Shown: positions 59,405-64,000 of the stretch, in pieces
How positions within the stretch are numbered: position 1 is the first letter of the stretch
Layout of the letters: the number at the start of each line of letters is the position of its first letter
Origin: Escherichia phage 241
DNA: 64,000 nucleotides
Strand: one strand, 5' to 3'
Sequence record: OR924452
Position numbers and translations under genes: made by a program
The notes under the pieces: model-generated
Database searches by the model: none
Told to the model about the DNA's origin: nothing
Seen by the model: the letters and a program-made list of their open reading frames with translations, nothing else

Positions 59405-59447
59405 CTAAATACCCCATATTGGCAAATCCTTTATGGGGTATTTTCAA
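59405..59447 (+). promoter_or_regulatory. conserved late leader element: CTAAATA + hairpin ATACCCCATA...TATGGGGTAT, then ATG
   Basis: Near-identical to the 57192 copy. Confidence 0.5.
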
Positions 59448-61676
59448 ATGACCAGAAATGTAGAAGAATTATTCGGCGGCGTAGTCACAGCTCCCCACCA
59501 GATTCCTTTCACTTATAAATCAAGTGTCGGTGGAGAAACTTTCATTTCTCTACCTTTCTATCCTGTCACTGGTGTTGTCACAATTAACGGCGGCATGCAA
59601 GTTCCGTTAGACAACTTCGAGATAGACGGGAATACGTTAAACCTCGGGCGCGCATTGTCTAAAGATGACGTGGTTTATTGCCTGTTCGACAAAATCCTTT
59701 CACCAGAAGATACTTCTAAAGGCATTCGAATATACAAATTTCAAGCCGTGGGTGGGGAAACTGAATTCACGCCTGACTTTACTTCTTATGGTGTACAGTC
59801 TCTTTATATCGGTGGCGAGTACAAAACCCCAGATATAGAATATTCATACAACAGTACGACTGGGAAAGTTTCCCTACAAACTGCTCTGACTGCAGGGGTG
59901 TGGGTTGTTGCGGAGATGTCTGTTAAACAACCGAATATCAGTCCGGCGTTCGATCGCAGTATCCAAGAAATTGCCCGTTCGGCTAACGTAAAAGACTCTG
60001 AAGTCATTGTCAGCACTGATACCATATCTTTACTCGACGACAAGAAAGTTGTTTATGATTCAGCAGCGCAGGTTATTTATGGTTTACCAACTATTCCTGA
60101 TGGTTCAGTGATTTCTTCTGTATCTGATGGAAAATTGACTTATAATCCAGGTGATGTGCAGGTTGATCTGTTACCATTACCAGATTCTGCCCAGGCAGTT
60201 AAATTATTCTATTTGCAACCAAGTGGCGCAGAAAATATTAAAGTTTCCAGTGGCGACACAGTACAAGATATTCTGAATAATATCAATAAACACCGTGTTG
60301 TAAGCAGCATTTCAGAACTTTTGAATATATCTCCAACAGAAACGTCAGTTGTATTCGTGGCATCTTTCCATCCATCAACCAATTACGGGGGTGGATTCTT
60401 CCGTTGGGATCCGTCTGGAAACAAGGCAACCCACAATGGTGGTACGATTATTGATCCTGATAAAACGTTTCCGACTTGGGACAGCGCAGGTAAAACTTCT
60501 TGGTTTACCGCAAGCGGGACGGGTACTGGTGTTTGGCGTCGGCAAGACGTGATGGGTCATTACCGTGCTGAAGATTTCGGTGCACTCCCTTGGAACGTCG
60601 GGGACGCGCATGACAGTACCAAAGAATTCCAACAAGTGGCTAATGTGGCTTATCGGGGCGGTTGCTGGAGATGGACAGGTCGCCATCGCATTACGAGTTA
60701 TATCGATATCCCCAATAAACAGACTTTTGGTTCATACGCCCAAATGACTTCTGTTTATTCTGAATTATTCCAGCCTAGCAATTTCCAGGGGGTGCACGTT
60801 ATTTCTGATCCTTCTTTAGCGCGTTCTGTGCAAAATGCAGTCTTCTTTGATGCTGCGACCGGAGAAGCATTCCGTTGTGGGGAAGGTGCATCCCCGACCG
60901 ATTTTTTGGTGTACGGAAGAGGGTTTACAACTACTGGGATGGATTTGGCAACATCATTACCTTCGGCGGCGTCGTATTGTGACACCCAAGCATTCCGTCA
61001 TGGGAAGGCTATTAACGTGCGAAATGTTACTGTTGCGCTTATGAAGTACGCATTGGATTCTAATCCATGGGATGCCAGCAAAGGTGATTATTATTCCACA
61101 ACGGATCATATGACGATTTTGTATTGTTATTGCATTAGTCGTGTACCAACTGGCCAGGATATAACATTTAACACCAAGCATATCAATATGCGTGCATATG
61201 TAAACCAGATTGGCGATTATGGATTGGCAGTCCGAAATGTGGTGTTTATCGGTGGATCCATAGAAGGATATAACACTTCAACATTCTTACGATCCAGTAC
61301 TCAACTTTCTTTCAAAGGCACATATTTTGAAACGGGTGACACGTCATTCAATGGTACAGTATTCAGCCTTGTTGGTTGGTGTACTCTTAACTTTGAAGAA
61401 TGTCTTGTTTATTTGAACAACACCACAAACTTCGTGTCTTCTGGTGGTTCTGGGCAATCTGCTGGCGTCTTGGGTCTAACGATTAAATCTCAAGGTAACG
61501 TGTGGCGTAAAACTGACGCGGGGACAACCACAGTGTTTGCAGTTGACCCAGTCACTAATAAACAAGCCTTAGTTGGATCCGAAATATTGAATGCTGCGAG
61601 TGGGGCAACTATCGCATATTGGGCTGGTGCCGTCCCACCTGGCACATACACGGCTCCAATCAGTGTTGCATTTTAA
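59448..61676 (+). CDS. tail spike protein with gp10-like N-terminal anchor domains (742 aa)
   Basis: Start moved to ATG 59448 (after the leader hairpin, by analogy with 57232); N-terminal region parallels the 54008 gene. Confidence 0.6.
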   Translation: MTRNVEELFGGVVTAPHQIPFTYKSSVGGETFISLPFYPVTGVVTINGGMQVPLDNFEIDGNTLNLGRALSKDDVVYCLFDKILSPEDTSKGIRIYKFQAVGGETEFTPDFTSYGVQSLYIGGEYKTPDIEYSYNSTTGKVSLQTALTAGVWVVAEMSVKQPNISPAFDRSIQEIARSANVKDSEVIVSTDTISLLDDKKVVYDSAAQVIYGLPTIPDGSVISSVSDGKLTYNPGDVQVDLLPLPDSAQAVKLFYLQPSGAENIKVSSGDTVQDILNNINKHRVVSSISELLNISPTETSVVFVASFHPSTNYGGGFFRWDPSGNKATHNGGTIIDPDKTFPTWDSAGKTSWFTASGTGTGVWRRQDVMGHYRAEDFGALPWNVGDAHDSTKEFQQVANVAYRGGCWRWTGRHRITSYIDIPNKQTFGSYAQMTSVYSELFQPSNFQGVHVISDPSLARSVQNAVFFDAATGEAFRCGEGASPTDFLVYGRGFTTTGMDLATSLPSAASYCDTQAFRHGKAINVRNVTVALMKYALDSNPWDASKGDYYSTTDHMTILYCYCISRVPTGQDITFNTKHINMRAYVNQIGDYGLAVRNVVFIGGSIEGYNTSTFLRSSTQLSFKGTYFETGDTSFNGTVFSLVGWCTLNFEECLVYLNNTTNFVSSGGSGQSAGVLGLTIKSQGNVWRKTDAGTTTVFAVDPVTNKQALVGSEILNAASGATIAYWAGAVPPGTYTAPISVAF

Positions 61677-61679
61677 TTT

Positions 61680-61703
61680 CCCCCTCCTTCGGGAGGGTTT
61701 ATT
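61680..61703 (+). terminator. rho-independent terminator (CCCTCC-ttcg-GGAGGG + TTTATT)
   Basis: Hairpin and T-run after stop at 61676. Confidence 0.5.
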
Positions 61704-61723
61704 AGAAAAACAGGAGATTCATC

Positions 61724-64000
61724 ATGAATCCGCAATTTGCTCAACCGAAAGGTTCTACTTCAAAAGAAACGAACAAAGATAGCATCGCCCGTAAATTTGG
61801 GTGCAAAAAGTCGGAAGTCGTTTATGCCAAAGCGGGACAGTCTTTGTCTGGTTATAAAGTGATCTACGATAAGGTGTCTCAACGTGCCTACGCTCTCCCT
61901 TCTAACATTGGTGCTGTAACGGTCACCAGTTTAGTTGACGGCATCCTCACGCACTCTGGAGGCACTGTAGATTTGGGTGCGCTGGCGGTGTTGCGTGAGG
62001 AATACGTCATTCTGATAGAAAATTTCACTTCCGGATTTACGATTCGTGTCAAGAACGAAGTCGTGAGCGATGGAGTGAATTTATACCGCTGGGGTGGTGG
62101 TTTACCAAAGACTGTCAATGCTGGTGAAGATCTAGACTCCACTGGAGGGATTAGCGTGGGGGCGTGGATTAGCGCGGGCGTTGCTTCATTGAGGAACGAT
62201 CTTGCTGCTAATGATGGGTTTAAATTTATTGGGCAATGTCCAGATATAGCAACATTAAGGACAATTGAACCTGGCGTCAATGGTCAAAGAATTATATTAC
62301 GGCAACATACGGCTGGAACTGGTCTTGGCGGCGGTTCATTTAGGGCTGTAGTTGATGGCACCGGATATGAAGACGATAACGGAGTGGTTATTAAAACAAC
62401 TGGCGGTGCCGCCTGGCTACGCCTCAACGCAGATAGAGTTAATCCGTTTATGTTTGGGGCAACAGGTGGTGTGGACGACACTGTGGCTGTTCAGGCCAGC
62501 GTAGATAGTGGTCGAGCCACCGAACTAACTGCGCCATTCAACGTCACTTCCATTAAGCTGAAGAAAAAATCTGCAAGTATCTACGGGTCAGGTATGCACA
62601 TCTCAAGGCTAGTGCAAAAACCAGGGGTGGCTGGTGACTGTGTGGTTATTGAAGATACCTGCTCGCTTATTAAATTGGATAATTTCGGTATTTACGGAAC
62701 TGGTGCACAGCAAGATACTGCATTCACTGCGGGAACGCGTGGATTAGTTGTTCCAACCCCCACCGGACTTTCTACAAACTACCCATTTAACACATCAGCA
62801 GACCCACGAAGGGATTTGTGTATCAACAACGTGCATATTGCTGGGTTTGATGAGTATGGACTTAAAATCGAAAATGGAAACTTTTCAGTATCAACGACAA
62901 ACCTTCTTATTAACCACATTAATCAAGTTGGTGCGTATTGCGCAACAACAGACTGGACTTGGACAAATATCCAGATAAATACCTGTGGTAAGGAGTGTCT
63001 TGTCTTAGATGGCGCTGGCAACGCCCGTATTATTGGTGCTAAACTTATTTGGGCTAACTGGCAACCATATGCTGCTTCAGGTAGTTACCCTGGATTGAAG
63101 ATAAACAATTGTCAAAACATTACTATGAGTGCTACAGAGGTTCAGGACTGCGGTTCTGATGGCATAATCTTTAAAGACAGTTATTCTATTTCAATTTCAG
63201 GACTAAACACGAACAGAAACAGCATAAACAGCAACTACTCATATAACAACTGCGTATTTGATAGTTGCGACGTTACAATTGATGGGTTCGTTGGTCTTAA
63301 CTATTCTTCAAACTCAGGTTCGGGGATACCTTCCAGTGCCGCTAATTTTAGATTCCTGTCTTCAGATTGTACCGTAGTCGTAAACGGAAATGTAGAGTCA
63401 GAGTATCTCGGTATCTTGTTCCGTGGTGATAACAATATTATTCAGCCAACGAATTCAGACCTTAAAATAAATGGATTGATTAATTACGATAAAACAAGCA
63501 TTACATTTCAAAATGTAATGCCTTCATTCGATGGTGTTAGTACCACTCCTGTATTCGTTCCCGCCCCATCAATTATAGGCCAGGCAAACGGACTTCGTTT
63601 GTCACAAGGAAATAAAGACAAAATCAGGTATACAACATCCAGAGTTCCAGCTGGTGGCGTGTCACTATCTGCAATTCTAATACCAACAATAACTGGCGCT
63701 GAAACGTTTAATATTATTGTTCTGGGTACTGGATTTGGCTCTACCAACAATAGCCTCTACTTTCAGTTAAATGTCGACTCATCAGGAAATCAAAGCGTTG
63801 CATTACTTATCAGTGGCGATGGTCAAACACAAGTTCTTTCTGGGGTGATTCCGGATGAATTTAAGATACAAAGTGGAGTTCCGTACCATTTTGCATTGGG
63901 TGCTGCTCCTGGGAGATTCTGGTGGAGTATATTAAATATTCAAACAGGTTCACGTATAAGAAGGGCATTTAGACGTGATTACTTAAGCGCTCCATTTAAC
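61724..64000 (+). CDS. tail spike protein, 5' partial (runs off window end), beta-helix domain
   Basis: Frame open from ATG 61724 to window end; GGAG SD; N-terminus parallels the 57232 gene; absent from ORF track because no stop in window. Confidence 0.55.
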   Translation, partial: MNPQFAQPKGSTSKETNKDSIARKFGCKKSEVVYAKAGQSLSGYKVIYDKVSQRAYALPSNIGAVTVTSLVDGILTHSGGTVDLGALAVLREEYVILIENFTSGFTIRVKNEVVSDGVNLYRWGGGLPKTVNAGEDLDSTGGISVGAWISAGVASLRNDLAANDGFKFIGQCPDIATLRTIEPGVNGQRIILRQHTAGTGLGGGSFRAVVDGTGYEDDNGVVIKTTGGAAWLRLNADRVNPFMFGATGGVDDTVAVQASVDSGRATELTAPFNVTSIKLKKKSASIYGSGMHISRLVQKPGVAGDCVVIEDTCSLIKLDNFGIYGTGAQQDTAFTAGTRGLVVPTPTGLSTNYPFNTSADPRRDLCINNVHIAGFDEYGLKIENGNFSVSTTNLLINHINQVGAYCATTDWTWTNIQINTCGKECLVLDGAGNARIIGAKLIWANWQPYAASGSYPGLKINNCQNITMSATEVQDCGSDGIIFKDSYSISISGLNTNRNSINSNYSYNNCVFDSCDVTIDGFVGLNYSSNSGSGIPSSAANFRFLSSDCTVVVNGNVESEYLGILFRGDNNIIQPTNSDLKINGLINYDKTSITFQNVMPSFDGVSTTPVFVPAPSIIGQANGLRLSQGNKDKIRYTTSRVPAGGVSLSAILIPTITGAETFNIIVLGTGFGSTNNSLYFQLNVDSSGNQSVALLISGDGQTQVLSGVIPDEFKIQSGVPYHFALGAAPGRFWWSILNIQTGSRIRRAFRRDYLSAPFN

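Noticed and set aside
55892-61181. Minus-strand ORFs inside the tail spike genes
   Set aside because: Antisense to long plus-strand structural genes in a strictly plus-strand late operon.
1-64000. Integrated prophage or transposon boundaries
   Set aside because: No integrase, transposase or att-like direct repeats seen; gene content is that of a virulent T4-superfamily phage.

Overview
This 64-kb window reads as a segment of a large virulent T4-superfamily myovirus, most likely a ViI/CBA120-type (Ackermannviridae-like) phage; everything here is inferred from the sequence and ORF translations by eye, with no database search run. The left ~49 kb is almost entirely minus-strand: a baseplate/tail block (tape-measure-like protein, three further structural ORFs, divergent gp4-like head completion gene), dCMP deaminase, operons of small early genes (including a QueC-like PP-loop ATPase, a DexA-like exonuclease and a macro-domain protein), topoisomerase II (fused large subunit plus medium subunit), rIIA/rIIB-like genes, a B-family DNA polymerase, and three candidate DNA-base-modification enzymes (P-loop kinase, PLP-dependent fold-type-II enzyme, 411-aa unknown). 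A ~4.4-kb mostly non-coding island (44.8-49.2 kb) carries three canonical tRNAs (Ile-GAU, Tyr-GUA, Met-CAU), several T-arm/acceptor tRNA-like modules that do not fold into a cloverleaf, and a series of long perfect inverted repeats. The right ~14 kb is plus-strand late structural genes: gp6-like baseplate wedge, a repeat-containing fiber, and four consecutive tail spike genes (the last runs off the window). The most interesting signals are a ~40-nt leader element (CTAAATA + hairpin + ATG) present four times, the structured-RNA island, and the candidate thymidine-hypermodification and ADP-ribosylation genes. Coordinates of starts were adjusted where a ribosome-binding site or homolog N-terminus argued for it; functional calls for most small ORFs are not possible.
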